From a virus, in IMG/VR virus record IMGVR_UViG_3300037634_005704, positions 1 through 64,000 of that record: a stretch of 64,000 bases of DNA; one strand, 5' to 3'. Shown here one piece after another: positions 16,707 through 26,284 of this stretch; position 1 is the stretch's first letter; each line of letters begins with the position of its first letter. The position numbers were made by a program, and so were the translations under genes. Under the pieces are notes generated by a model that was given only the letters and a program-made list of their open reading frames with translations, did no database searches and was not told the origin of the DNA.

Positions 16707-17256
16707 CAATAGCGGCAGTAGTAGCTACAATCTGTGGTGCTGGTAAATATTGCTCAGCAATTCCAATATTTTCATACAAAGTAATACAAGTTTTACCGTC
16801 TTTACTTAACTCGAATCCAGATACTTTTTCTTCTTTACTCTGTGTAACATCCCCTATGCGAGGAGCATTAGGTCCTGGACATTCAACTTTTTCCGTTGGT
16901 TTAGTAAGAGACGAATCAGGAGGTGTAGGGGGAGGAGCTTTAGGTTGTTGATAAGCCGGAGGTTCTGCAACAGTTGTATATAACAACTCCTCAGGAGAAT
17001 AATCCATTGCATGAAAAGATGGGTATTCACCATGAGGACATAGTGTCCTAATACCTTTAGGATCTTCTATAAGTAAATTACCTGCTCTTTTATCATCAGG
17101 ATGCCATTCAACACAGCCTGGAAGGTCAACTATAGGAAATCCTATAGACGTTGTAACTGGAGGGCTTACAACAAGACTAGAGGGTGGTTTAACAGACCAA
17201 AAAGGAATCTGATGAATAGTTAGATTCCTAATTGGAACATCAGGAATTTCTTCCAC
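16498..17256 (-). CDS. hypothetical protein with Pro-rich linker and C-terminal TM anchor (252 aa)
   Basis: ORF track, GTG start. C-terminus IVATTAAIATVATTSALLAKPLADLLL followed by a basic tail. Confidence 0.6.
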   Translation of the reverse strand: MEEIPDVPIRNLTIHQIPFWSVKPPSSLVVSPPVTTSIGFPIVDLPGCVEWHPDDKRAGNLLIEDPKGIRTLCPHGEYPSFHAMDYSPEELLYTTVAEPPAYQQPKAPPPTPPDSSLTKPTEKVECPGPNAPRIGDVTQSKEEKVSGFELSKDGKTCITLYENIGIAEQYLPAPQIVATTAAIATVATTSALLAKPLADLLLKVVKPAVKKVIGKIQKILGKEPKELSLRERILAQRSRNRAVMELRRAMRK

Positions 17257-17507
17257 TAAAACCCAGGTAAACCTAAGCCTTTAGGAACCCCAGGGATAGA
17301 TTTTACCCCTGGAAGGGCTCCTCCAGTAGAACCAGGTAGTTTTGAATCAACTAACCCAGGAAGTGATCCAGTGACCGATTTAAGTACCTGAGACTTAATA
17401 CTATCAACGAGTTTATCTCGCTGTAAGTATACATATAAGCCACTCCCAACAACGGCAAGAGATACGACACCAGCCGACACTGCGATGACATTTACAACTT
17501 TTTGCAT
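17256..17507 (-). CDS. N-terminally anchored small membrane protein (83 aa)
   Basis: TM segment VVNVIAVSAGVVSLAVVGSGLYVYL, then repeated LPG/VPG motifs. Confidence 0.55.
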   Translation of the reverse strand: MQKVVNVIAVSAGVVSLAVVGSGLYVYLQRDKLVDSIKSQVLKSVTGSLPGLVDSKLPGSTGGALPGVKSIPGVPKGLGLPGF

Positions 17508-17539
17508 AACTGACTTAGAAATTAGAAATTAGAATTCCT

Positions 17540-17872
17540 ATGAGAATTATAACAATTGGTGATATTGGAAAATCTTATAAAAATATTCATAACTCAATTA
17601 GAATAAAAATAGCTCAAAGTAAAAAAGTGTCCACGGAATTAATTGCTGCAATCATATCAGGAAGTATTGGTGCCTTTGCAGGCTTATCAAGAGCACTATC
17701 CAATTTTAATCAGAAATTAGACAAACGATTCGAAATAGTGGAACGTGATATCGATAGCTTACATGAGCGAGTAATTAGGGACTATGTTTTAAAAGAAGAC
17801 CTATTAAGAGAAATGCAAGCTGTACACACAAAATTAGATCGCATCTTCGATCATTTACTTAGCCATAGTTAA
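17540..17872 (+). CDS. single-TM coiled-coil protein (110 aa), opposite-strand insert
   Basis: TM segment LIAAIISGSIGAFAGL, then a helical charged C-terminus. Isolated plus-strand gene between minus-strand virion genes. Confidence 0.5.
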   Translation: MRIITIGDIGKSYKNIHNSIRIKIAQSKKVSTELIAAIISGSIGAFAGLSRALSNFNQKLDKRFEIVERDIDSLHERVIRDYVLKEDLLREMQAVHTKLDRIFDHLLSHS

Positions 17873-18294
17873 ATAGATACCCAGGCTGTAGTCCCCAAAT
17901 TATACATATAAAGAGTACTAGTTGATTGATTGTAATGCAATTGACCATCAATTGGATTAGCAGGATACCCAGCAGAATTAGAAACGACTGCCTTCACTGT
18001 CTGCCAATTACTGCCATCAAAAATTTTATGTACCTGTGTGCTGGCAGTATCTAACCAAGATTCACCTTTACTAAGAGAAGTAAAACCAGCTGGAGAAGTG
18101 TTTGGAGCTGTAGAACCTACAAATGTAGGTCCAACTTTAATTAAACCTGTTGAAGGAGAAGCTGTATTGTCAGCAAAAAAAAGTCCTGGCTCCCCTGCAT
18201 TGTTATTAATAGCCAGCTCAGCAGCCCCAAGACGAATAGGATAAGGCCGATCACGGAGAGTATTAGAACGACGAGAAAGAATTTGTACAGCCAT
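17869..18294 (-). CDS. short fibre/tail-associated protein (141 aa)
   Basis: N-terminus MAVQILSRRSNTL...GAAELAIN is a degenerate version of the xQxRRG...GE fibre start. Follows the 753-aa tail gene by 2 nt. Confidence 0.55.
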   Translation of the reverse strand: MAVQILSRRSNTLRDRPYPIRLGAAELAINNNAGEPGLFFADNTASPSTGLIKVGPTFVGSTAPNTSPAGFTSLSKGESWLDTASTQVHKIFDGSNWQTVKAVVSNSAGYPANPIDGQLHYNQSTSTLYMYNLGTTAWVSI

Positions 18295-18296
18295 AT

Positions 18297-20558
18297 TTAA
18301 ATATTAATATAAAGATCAGCATCAACAACTGTATCCTGATCAGTAATAGGACTATAAGTACTACTGTCTATTGTACTGGTGGAAGCTGAATCTTCAACTG
18401 GGGTACCATTAATATATTCGCCTGCGTCAATTAATCCGACTTCAAACTCAGAGGTGTATTCGTCAATAGGCTTATCAACAATGCCGAATTTTATATCTTT
18501 TAATAAAGTAGGAGATCGATTAAACAACTTATTAATTAATGTAATCATTCGATTTGTCGTATTAACATCTTTCCCAGTTCGACTTAAACGACCGTCTGCA
18601 TCACGTTTTAAACCGTCTGTCAAAGTCATTCCAATAACAGATGGATCAAAATCTGCTATTGATTGAGGTTGATTCCGATTACCAGTAATATCTTTACCTC
18701 CACTCCATTTTGTATTTTGCCTTGTCAATAACAACGTATTAAAAGCATCTTCTAGACGTGTTTGCTCCTTTTCAAAAGTTTTTTCAAAATGTACCAAACC
18801 TGCCCCAACTGGTTTATCACTTGGCTCTAACAACCAAGAACGAACATAATCGTGCTTTTTTAAATTACTAACAGTGCAATAACCACTAGTGGTACTAGTG
18901 AAAGGATAGATAATAACAAAACTATTTGGATCAGGAACTGAAGTAATTGTGTATTCACCAGAAACTGCATTCCCACTCGTAAAAGTGATTTCTACTTTAG
19001 TATTAGACTCTAACCCATGATTGTCAACATCAACTGTTATATTTACACCAGATTGAGTGTACTTCGCTATTAAATTAATTGGTTCATTACCTTCGTCATG
19101 AGTTAAAGCGAACATTGCTGCATAAATATGCTTACACCATCTCAACTGATAATACATTAAACTTTGCGCTGAATTTTCAGCAGTATCTTTATAACTAGGA
19201 AGTTGATAAAAACTGTTAATTGCTACAAATCCTAAATCTCTAAAAGTACCTGGTATATCACGTTCGTCACTTAAAGTTCCATCAGGTTCCAAAACTTGAC
19301 CAGGCTTTGTTGAACGAACTGTTGTTCTTGGAAAGCGGTCACTCCGTAAATCACTATATAAATCATAACTATCCCGTCGAGAAAAATCTTGACAAGAGCA
19401 TTGCCATCTTAACTCAGTAGTTAAATAACGCCCTACAAGAAAGCCACGTTGAGCTGGAACCACAGTAGATGTTTTTTCATCAGCTGTAGTTGCTCCATAA
19501 CTGTCTTTACGTTGGAAAATTATTTCTTTTGTTGCTGCATCTAATCCCTTAACTGTATAACCAACATAATTTTTATAATCACGACCACGCAGTAATCTAC
19601 TAAGTGTTAAATTACCAGAAGTGGTTCCACTAGTAATTGTTGTTAGCGTGAATTGAGTAGGACTGGTAACAGTAACTGTACATCTACCAGAAGAGACGTC
19701 GCCACTACTAACATCAATAAAGACTTTATTTCCACTAGATAAACCATGGACAGAAGCACAGGTAACAGTAACAGTAGATCCACTTCTCGAATATGTCGAG
19801 GAAACACCAGGATCTTTTTCAATAATACGATCAGCTAGACGTTCGCCTGTAAAGAAAGAAAGTTCTGTAGGCAAATAACGAAGGCGAGCTCGTGTAGTGG
19901 TCCAACGTGAATCCCCAAAAGTAGTCGATAAATAATAAGTAACGTTCCCGTCATTTGTCCCTGATGCAGATGTAGTTACAGTAAATGTATTTTGTGTAGT
20001 ACTAACAATTGAGAGAGTTTCATCAACACCTCCACCAGTTGAAATATCTAACCAAACACTCTCTCCAGGATACAATCCATGGTCTTGTTTAGTTACAACT
20101 AAAGTAGTACCTGATTGACTATATGTTCCACTTACTGCATCCCCTAAATATCTAACTGCAAGGATTGGTAAACCAAAATCATAAAAATTAAATGCGTCAG
20201 TGTCACGCATGCCAACCATTTGCTCACCTAATTCTTGTCGAGTAGATGGAAAAGTGTAAATCCTGGCAGGTATAAAAACACCAGGAAATTGTTGGAAAGT
20301 AAAGTATACTCGATAGTCCCCACGACGTTGTCTTTCTCCAGCTGTAGACCCCAACATACTTTGGGTCATTGTATACAATTCGTATCCTCTACGCCAACGA
20401 CTCCATAGAGAATCCTTATTATAAAAGCTAATTTCACTGTTTTTATAACTTCTTCCACCACTCTCAACAATAGAGAATGGTCCTCCTCCACCAATATTTT
20501 TTGAAAAATCTTTGTCAAATCTTGAAGGATTATTAAACTTACCTATCCCAAAAGGCAT
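18297..20558 (-). CDS. large tail (tubular/nozzle-like) structural protein with 3 inserted ~65-aa modules and a SWIM-like CxC...CxH motif (753 aa)
   Basis: Size and position downstream of the head genes. Modules at residues ~144-207, 254-319 and 498-562. WQCSCQDF (C387, C389) ... WCKHIYA (C475, H477). Confidence 0.7.
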   Translation of the reverse strand: MPFGIGKFNNPSRFDKDFSKNIGGGGPFSIVESGGRSYKNSEISFYNKDSLWSRWRRGYELYTMTQSMLGSTAGERQRRGDYRVYFTFQQFPGVFIPARIYTFPSTRQELGEQMVGMRDTDAFNFYDFGLPILAVRYLGDAVSGTYSQSGTTLVVTKQDHGLYPGESVWLDISTGGGVDETLSIVSTTQNTFTVTTSASGTNDGNVTYYLSTTFGDSRWTTTRARLRYLPTELSFFTGERLADRIIEKDPGVSSTYSRSGSTVTVTCASVHGLSSGNKVFIDVSSGDVSSGRCTVTVTSPTQFTLTTITSGTTSGNLTLSRLLRGRDYKNYVGYTVKGLDAATKEIIFQRKDSYGATTADEKTSTVVPAQRGFLVGRYLTTELRWQCSCQDFSRRDSYDLYSDLRSDRFPRTTVRSTKPGQVLEPDGTLSDERDIPGTFRDLGFVAINSFYQLPSYKDTAENSAQSLMYYQLRWCKHIYAAMFALTHDEGNEPINLIAKYTQSGVNITVDVDNHGLESNTKVEITFTSGNAVSGEYTITSVPDPNSFVIIYPFTSTTSGYCTVSNLKKHDYVRSWLLEPSDKPVGAGLVHFEKTFEKEQTRLEDAFNTLLLTRQNTKWSGGKDITGNRNQPQSIADFDPSVIGMTLTDGLKRDADGRLSRTGKDVNTTNRMITLINKLFNRSPTLLKDIKFGIVDKPIDEYTSEFEVGLIDAGEYINGTPVEDSASTSTIDSSTYSPITDQDTVVDADLYINI

Positions 20559-20566
20559 GATTCTCT

Positions 20567-21355
20567 TTAGTAATATCCTCCTTGTACATTACAATAGAAA
20601 CCATTAGTTAATGCAGTTGCTCCACTAACAGAGACATATAAAGCTTGACCACGTGAAAGCATTAAACCACGTTGTTTAGGAGCTATTTCATTATTAGCAG
20701 ATCCAAAATTAGAGCCTGCTTGAACAACAGGATGATTCACAAATGGCAGAATCTCTTTCAATGTAAGACTGCAATATTGTTGTGCAGCAACAGAATCAAT
20801 ACTGGCAACAAATAGAGGAAAGAATTGGTTAATGTTAGTAACTGAACCAGTGCTAACTAAATAGAAACAAAAATCAATTGGATCATAAACACTTACATTA
20901 CCTGTAATAGTACTGCCCACAGCAGGAATTGTGACAGTGAATGTTGTCGGAGTAACGGTAACAATTGTAAATGTCCCATCAATTGGAACAGTGCCTGCGC
21001 TGTAACTTGTGAAATCTAAAAAGACACTTTGACCAACTTCTAAATTATGACCGCCACTAATCGTTATTGTGGCTGTAGTTGAAGCAGCTGAATATGTACC
21101 AGAAGTTGCAGTTTTTGCATCAATCTTCTCGATTACCCGTTTACTATAACGGAACCATATATCATCAATATAAGCACCACTAATTGAAGTATCTGTTAAA
21201 GCAGAGTCAGCATCAAAAACCTTTGTAGCATTACCTACAGCAGTTGGAATTAAACTGGTAGAAAATGCTTGCCCTGAAGCAACAGTTAAGAGCGTCGAAG
21301 TTGTCGCTGGACGATCAACCATCAATGGTTGTTTATTTGAACTACTGCTTGACAC
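20567..21355 (-). CDS. tail structural protein carrying one copy of the same ~65-aa module (262 aa)
   Basis: GTYSAASTTATITISGGHNLEVGQSVFLDF...GTFTIVTVTPTTFTVTIP matches the modules in the adjacent 753-aa protein. Confidence 0.65.
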   Translation of the reverse strand: MSSSSSNKQPLMVDRPATTSTLLTVASGQAFSTSLIPTAVGNATKVFDADSALTDTSISGAYIDDIWFRYSKRVIEKIDAKTATSGTYSAASTTATITISGGHNLEVGQSVFLDFTSYSAGTVPIDGTFTIVTVTPTTFTVTIPAVGSTITGNVSVYDPIDFCFYLVSTGSVTNINQFFPLFVASIDSVAAQQYCSLTLKEILPFVNHPVVQAGSNFGSANNEIAPKQRGLMLSRGQALYVSVSGATALTNGFYCNVQGGYY

Positions 21356-21400
21356 GTTTATTTACAGATAGACTTAAAAATCATTATAGCGGAAGGGTTT

Positions 21401-21553
21401 TTACTCCTCTCTCATTTTATTCTTTTCTTCTAAACGTAAACGTGCTTTATTAAGTGCTTCTTCTCTCTTCTCATTATCATTTTTAGATGAGTCTGTAGCT
21501 TTATCCTTTTTAAGAAGTTCTAATATTTCTAATGATTTTCGTTTTTTAACCAT
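21401..21553 (-). CDS. small highly charged protein (50 aa)
   Basis: Below the track cutoff. Reads MVKKRKSLEILELLKKDKATDSSKNDNEKREEALNKARLRLEEKNKMREE. The ATG overlaps the upstream stop (TATGGTTAA). Confidence 0.35.
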   Translation of the reverse strand: MVKKRKSLEILELLKKDKATDSSKNDNEKREEALNKARLRLEEKNKMREE

Positions 21554-21863
21554 AAGGTCTATTTTCGTAAGGATCTAAATTTTCATCAAACGTCTGCCAA
21601 GGTGTAGGACTATCTTCTACTTCCCAAGCATCACGTTCTTCTGGAACAAATCCACGACCAACTCCATAAGGGGCATCCAGTTGACCTGATCTAGCCGTAG
21701 CTAATCTGACGTCTCCAGCCATCCTAGGAATAGGCGCACGACCTTGTTGAAATCTTCTACCAGTATCAGGTCCTTCAGACTCCCAAGGGATATTGTTTCT
21801 CCTAGCGCCAAACATATAACCAGTCCTAGTTGTAGGTTGAACAGCGCCAAAACGACCAGCCAT
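21546..21863 (-). CDS. hypothetical protein (105 aa)
   Basis: ORF track; same-strand train, 2 nt after the upstream stop. Confidence 0.55.
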   Translation of the reverse strand: MAGRFGAVQPTTRTGYMFGARRNNIPWESEGPDTGRRFQQGRAPIPRMAGDVRLATARSGQLDAPYGVGRGFVPEERDAWEVEDSPTPWQTFDENLDPYENRPYG

Positions 21864-21865
21864 CT

Positions 21866-22210
21866 CTATGCAGCTGCTACACTAAAAGTGACTGTCGCGG
21901 CAGTCCCACCCGCTTCACTAACCCACTTTGTTCGAACCCACCTAACAGGTCTATTAGCGACACTATATACGGTTGTCCCGTTAGCAGTTATTGTTTGATT
22001 TGCAATTATAGGTGCATAATTAGTACCATCAATACTTCCTTCTAAACATACAATTACATTTGTATCAACAGATGCCACAGTCACTATCAATGTGTAGTCC
22101 GTTGTAGAAAAAAGATTAGTATCAGCAACTTTTAATGCAGTACCAGTGGCAGGAGCTGTGAGTGCGCTTCCTGTAGTAAAAATTGTATCTTGAAAATAAG
22201 TTACCGCCAT
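21866..22210 (-). CDS. hypothetical beta-rich head/tail-junction-region protein (114 aa)
   Basis: ORF track; Thr/Ala/Val-rich. Confidence 0.55.
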   Translation of the reverse strand: MAVTYFQDTIFTTGSALTAPATGTALKVADTNLFSTTDYTLIVTVASVDTNVIVCLEGSIDGTNYAPIIANQTITANGTTVYSVANRPVRWVRTKWVSEAGGTAATVTFSVAAA

Positions 22211-22265
22211 GAAAATACCCTGAGCCTATTTACTAGAATAACAGGGGGAAATGTGCTTCTCTCTA

Positions 22266-22745
22266 TTAACGATGAGAGTTTTCAAGAACAAGTCTTGTTC
22301 CAACTGCAACATCAGCAGGTCCAGGTAGAGCTTGAATAAATTCAGCACCTTCCCTATTGAAACGATATCGAGCTTGTTCTGGATTTCGATAGTTTGGAAC
22401 ATATAAATGCAGAGCTAATCGGTCTGTTTCATATAAATAAATCTGTGTCCAAGTTCTCAATGTCTCCTTAAAATCTGATGTAGAAATTGTCCGGTCAACG
22501 TCACCTAAAATACTTTCAACCCGACTTTTAGGAATTGAATTATTATTGACACTACCTGTCATGTCAGTTCGCTTTTCAGCTTCGTCACAACGACCGATCT
22601 GTTCAACAATCTTGTCGTACCAGAACGAATCTTGAATATTATTCAATGCTTCCTCGAGACGTGCTAAGTCACCGCCGGGAATTGATGTTAAATTGTAACC
22701 TAAATGCCAACGGACTTTAGATTGTAAATACGTATCGAGCTTCAT
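22266..22745 (-). CDS. hypothetical protein, possible head-tail connector component (159 aa)
   Basis: ORF track. The functional guess rests on position only (between the capsid and tail genes). Confidence 0.5.
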   Translation of the reverse strand: MKLDTYLQSKVRWHLGYNLTSIPGGDLARLEEALNNIQDSFWYDKIVEQIGRCDEAEKRTDMTGSVNNNSIPKSRVESILGDVDRTISTSDFKETLRTWTQIYLYETDRLALHLYVPNYRNPEQARYRFNREGAEFIQALPGPADVAVGTRLVLENSHR

Positions 22746-22771
22746 TAATCAACATTAGAACAAGCCTAGTA

Positions 22772-23212
22772 TTAGTCTACGCGAACTAAGTTCTCTTTAA
22801 AAATTTCATCCCAATCAACTCGTTTAATACTTCTTAATTGCTCCAACTTTTGGAATTTTTCTCCTGACTGAGAAGTCTGAAGATCTTTAATGTCACGAGC
22901 AGTTTTAATACCTACACCAGGTACAGCGTCTGCAATTTGGCGTGCAGATGCATTATTAATATTGACACGTGTATCAATAGGGAATGTTTCTCTAGTAGTT
23001 AGCTTAGGTGGATCAACACCATCAGCTGCTAATTCAGCGGTAAGCCTCTCCTCAGTCCTCATCTTCTCATTAGTAGCATCTAGATGCGGAGTTAAATCCT
23101 CTTCATTTACGTAAAGGACTTCATCTTGGGCATCTAAACACATCATGATGCCTTCACCATGCTTAGATATAACCTCTACCAGACCTCCGGTGATTTTGTA
23201 TTGGTACAACAT
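22772..23212 (-). CDS. helix-hairpin-helix (ComEA-like) DNA-binding motif protein (146 aa)
   Basis: INNASARQIADAVPGVGIKTARDIKDL fits the HhH pattern (..a....L..lpGiG...A..I). Confidence 0.55.
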   Translation of the reverse strand: MLYQYKITGGLVEVISKHGEGIMMCLDAQDEVLYVNEEDLTPHLDATNEKMRTEERLTAELAADGVDPPKLTTRETFPIDTRVNINNASARQIADAVPGVGIKTARDIKDLQTSQSGEKFQKLEQLRSIKRVDWDEIFKENLVRVD

Positions 23213-23392
23213 AAATTAGATCAATAGTCTTTGATTAGCTTACCAAAGTAAATCTTTGTTTTCAACCAGGATGATTAGGATGGGAATTATCGTAAAACAG
23301 GAAACAAAAATAAATAAGAATTGCCAGGATAAGCAAAACAGTAATAGGAATCACAAATCAATTAGGATGAATACCTCTGAATATATAGCATG

Positions 23393-23426
23393 AAAAAGCG
23401 GGCTATTAAAACCCGCCTTTTCTTTT
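23393..23426 (-). terminator. rho-independent terminator after the capsid gene pair
   Basis: Stem gcggg (23398-23402) / cccgc (23412-23416), 9-nt loop. T-run on the minus strand (A-run 23393-23397). Lies 18 nt downstream of the stop at 23444. Confidence 0.65.
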
Positions 23427-23443
23427 AAAGAGTTATTCCGCTC

Positions 23444-24265
23444 TTATTCGTCGTTACCACCTACCTGGGAAGCAAAATCAATGAATCCTTGGATATCATT
23501 CCAGGAAACATTAGCAGCAGGACGGAGATAGTTGACACGAGCAAGAATATATCCTACACGGCCAGCATCAGAGTCATCCTGGCTAATGTATACACCGTCA
23601 CCAGATACAGAAGTATTGGTAATAGCGTCGACATTATAGATTTTGAAAGTCGTGTCGGCTACGACTTTATACATCATGGAGTCGGCTGCGTCAGCACGAG
23701 CAATCGTAGATGTTACGCTTGACCAGAAAGGTAGATTACCTGTAGTTGTGTCAGCGGCGCCTTGAGCAAAAGCACTAGAAGCAGCAGTAATTGAAGCACT
23801 AGCTGCAGCGTTACCTAGAAGCTGAGTAGAAGGAACACCAATAGGAGATCCACCGTTGTCAGGACCTAGGAGCAAAAGCTCAGTAGATGTAGCACCTAAA
23901 TCAGCTGTTACAGGAGCAGCAGGGAATCCTGCACGATCTTGAGCAGCTGTAGGAACATCCTGGCCAATAGCGATTGAAGCGCCATAGACATAAGCAGGAC
24001 GTGCAGCAGAAGCTTGTACTACGAGACTGGTACGATCATTACGAACCCTGTCACCAGAACGGCGGTCAGGAGAAGGTACTGTAAGGCTGAAGCTCTTATA
24101 GGAAGCCTTATCGGCTGCTACGTTTGATACCTTGGCATAGCCAACGAGTTCAAAAGCTTCAACTCCAGGGAGTCCGTAAACACCTTCATCATTAAAACCA
24201 GAAAGCTTATTAATCTGGTTACCTGGCTGGAGAATAGCTCCAGCGGAAGACTTGTAAGTTGCCAT
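23444..24265 (-). CDS. abundant capsid-associated protein (decoration or second capsid protein candidate, 273 aa)
   Basis: Strong SD (GGAGGTATTTAACTAATG) 15 nt after the capsid gene. GC-richer codon usage, followed by a terminator. Confidence 0.6.
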   Translation of the reverse strand: MATYKSSAGAILQPGNQINKLSGFNDEGVYGLPGVEAFELVGYAKVSNVAADKASYKSFSLTVPSPDRRSGDRVRNDRTSLVVQASAARPAYVYGASIAIGQDVPTAAQDRAGFPAAPVTADLGATSTELLLLGPDNGGSPIGVPSTQLLGNAAASASITAASSAFAQGAADTTTGNLPFWSSVTSTIARADAADSMMYKVVADTTFKIYNVDAITNTSVSGDGVYISQDDSDAGRVGYILARVNYLRPAANVSWNDIQGFIDFASQVGGNDE

Positions 24266-24280
24266 TAGTTAAATACCTCC

Positions 24281-25426
24281 TTACTCAGTTACAGTGAAAG
24301 CTGTAGTGATGAAGTCCTTGTTCAAATTCGCAAAGCCAGCATAAAGCTGCCAAATAAGAATTATGAAACGGCTGAAGTCATCATTATTGTTAATAAGGAC
24401 TTGAGCGTTTGGACCACCAATACCTACACCGATTGCCTGAGGGCCAAAGAATAGACCTGCAGGAGTGGTTTTAGACGCGGCACCGTTACCATCACCAATA
24501 TCGACTGTTATGGTTTTGGCTGGGAAGTTAGTGGATTCGAAGAATCTCACACCTTCAAACACGAAGCCTGCGGGCATAACGGGCTCACCACCTACGAATT
24601 GTGCCTGACCGAATTGGCCACCACCGTAGATAGCTGCGTTAGGAGCCATGGCACCCATAAGAGGGTTAGGCTGCCCCATGCCAGGGTAACGTGCAACTTC
24701 ACGGAAGCCTTGATCGGCACGCAGATCCTTCATCAATGAAGGGTCAGCAATACACCGGTAATAGCCGTCTGTGAAGACTGGTGCGTGACGCTTTCTAAGA
24801 CTCTTGACTACTTCTAAAAGGTCAGTTTTTACGTTGAACTTAAAGCGCTCAGAAGCATATTCTGTAGCGGTATAAGCGGTAAGAGTTGTTGAGTTTGTCT
24901 TAGCCTTATTATTTGGATAGTAGTATCCACCTTGTGAATCACTACTTTGACCACGTGATTCAGTTTTGAATAGCTCGTCTAGGAAGACGCGATCGCGCCA
25001 ACGGCGATAATCATCCAAAAGTGTCAACGAACCAATCGACTGGTGGAACATATTAAGGTTCCCAGTATCGAGCAGTAGACGCTGAGCGGTCATTAAGGTC
25101 TCACGAGCAATCTTAAATGTGCTTGGGAGATTTGTGTTATTAGGGTCAGCAGGACCTGTATACTCACGAAGAGATACAAGTACTTTGTCCTTAACAATAG
25201 ACCTGCTGTTAGCTGTACCTATGGTTTGATCCTGGGTACGCTCACGGCTTGTCTTCGTGCCAGGGTTACCGAAGAAGCGGTAACGATCTAGCTGGACAGT
25301 TTGACCCGGTTGCTTAGTGAAATCGTGGACAACAACTGGCTCTGCAGCCATTTCCACGATGTAAGCTGGATGAGGGCGGTATAACTCCGCACCCAACAGC
25401 TTCGGGAAATCGTTATCAATAAACAT
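24281..25426 (-). CDS. major capsid protein candidate (381 aa)
   Basis: Size and position (terminase, portal, scaffold-like, then this gene). GC-richer codon usage typical of a highly expressed gene. HK97 fold not verifiable by eye. Confidence 0.7.
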   Translation of the reverse strand: MFIDNDFPKLLGAELYRPHPAYIVEMAAEPVVVHDFTKQPGQTVQLDRYRFFGNPGTKTSRERTQDQTIGTANSRSIVKDKVLVSLREYTGPADPNNTNLPSTFKIARETLMTAQRLLLDTGNLNMFHQSIGSLTLLDDYRRWRDRVFLDELFKTESRGQSSDSQGGYYYPNNKAKTNSTTLTAYTATEYASERFKFNVKTDLLEVVKSLRKRHAPVFTDGYYRCIADPSLMKDLRADQGFREVARYPGMGQPNPLMGAMAPNAAIYGGGQFGQAQFVGGEPVMPAGFVFEGVRFFESTNFPAKTITVDIGDGNGAASKTTPAGLFFGPQAIGVGIGGPNAQVLINNNDDFSRFIILIWQLYAGFANLNKDFITTAFTVTE

Positions 25427-25573
25427 TGGGTTTTTTCAGCGCTATGTAATTTGCTGATATCTGAGAACAAAATCCTCTAAAAGAGGACTAATTCTCTATA
25501 TCTGGAAAATAAATTCCATTAAAACAATTATAACAACAGTTTATCAATCAACTTATATAAGTTTAACGATCAA

Positions 25574-25759
25574 TTAGGCAGTATTATACGGAGAATAAGA
25601 TGTTGAAGGTACAACTCCCATACGATGGAAAGGTGTTGTAAATCCGTCTTGAGGTTGCAATGTAGCTGGAGTAAGTCCCTGTTCTTGAGCAAGTAAAGCC
25701 ATGACGGCTTTATAATCTAAAGACTTTTTAACTGCTTCGTTAGCTTTAAGTTCGTTCAT
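25574..25759 (-). CDS. hypothetical protein (61 aa)
   Basis: ORF track; 4-nt overlap with the upstream gene. Confidence 0.45.
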   Translation of the reverse strand: MNELKANEAVKKSLDYKAVMALLAQEQGLTPATLQPQDGFTTPFHRMGVVPSTSYSPYNTA

Positions 25760-26157
25760 TTTTTCTTAGCAGGAGGGAAGCCAACAGGTAGTGGTATTTG
25801 GGCACCCCTTGGCATAAATTTAGCCATTTGCACTTGATACTCTGCTAAAAACATACGTTGATTAAAAATCGCATTAGCTAAAGTTTGAGCAGCAGTTAAA
25901 CCCATTATAGGGAGCGGCGATCCAGGTAGATTTAACTTTAAATATGAAGAATCTAAATCCGTAGGCATTGCAGCATCAGTAACATCTGGATTTCGTTTCG
26001 CAGCGTTATTATCTAGCAGTCCGAAACCAATCTGATTTTGAATATCTCCAGCACCAAAAGCTACTAAATTAGGAGATCCAATAGCTCCACCAGAAGTTCC
26101 TAAACCTTGAAGGAATGCATCTGCTTTTGCCGCTGGTTTACGCTTTTGTCTTGCCAT
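25756..26157 (-). CDS. hypothetical head-module protein (133 aa)
   Basis: ORF track; basic termini (MARQKRKPAAK ... PPAKKK). Confidence 0.55.
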   Translation of the reverse strand: MARQKRKPAAKADAFLQGLGTSGGAIGSPNLVAFGAGDIQNQIGFGLLDNNAAKRNPDVTDAAMPTDLDSSYLKLNLPGSPLPIMGLTAAQTLANAIFNQRMFLAEYQVQMAKFMPRGAQIPLPVGFPPAKKK

Positions 26158-26230
26158 TATAAGAAGTAACTTTTAAGCAGTGCTTACTATTTAATATTTT
26201 ACTGTCAATAACTTCTGGAAACTCATAATC

Positions 26231-26268
26231 AAAAAAATGCCCTACCAAGCTTTTACACCAGGTAGAGC
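26231..26268 (-). terminator. rho-independent terminator-like hairpin after the scaffold-like gene
   Basis: On the minus strand, GCTCTACC-N14-GGTAGGGC (8 bp with one G.U) followed by ATTTTTTT. Plus-strand coordinates: stem 26239-26246 / 26261-26268, A-run 26231-26237. Confidence 0.5.
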
Positions 26269-26284
26269 AACTTTTAAAATTACT

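Noticed and set aside
18038-18666. Plus-strand ORFs 18038..18244 and 18379..18666. The same reasoning applies to 21265..21453, 21744..21998, 22890..23114, 23489..23722, 26780..27010, 27110..27361, 29884..30225, 30534..30822, 31135..31335, 33260..33683, 34097..34306, 37413..37607 and 38636..38923.
   Set aside because: All lie antisense within long, well-supported minus-strand structural genes, and none has coupling or RBS evidence.
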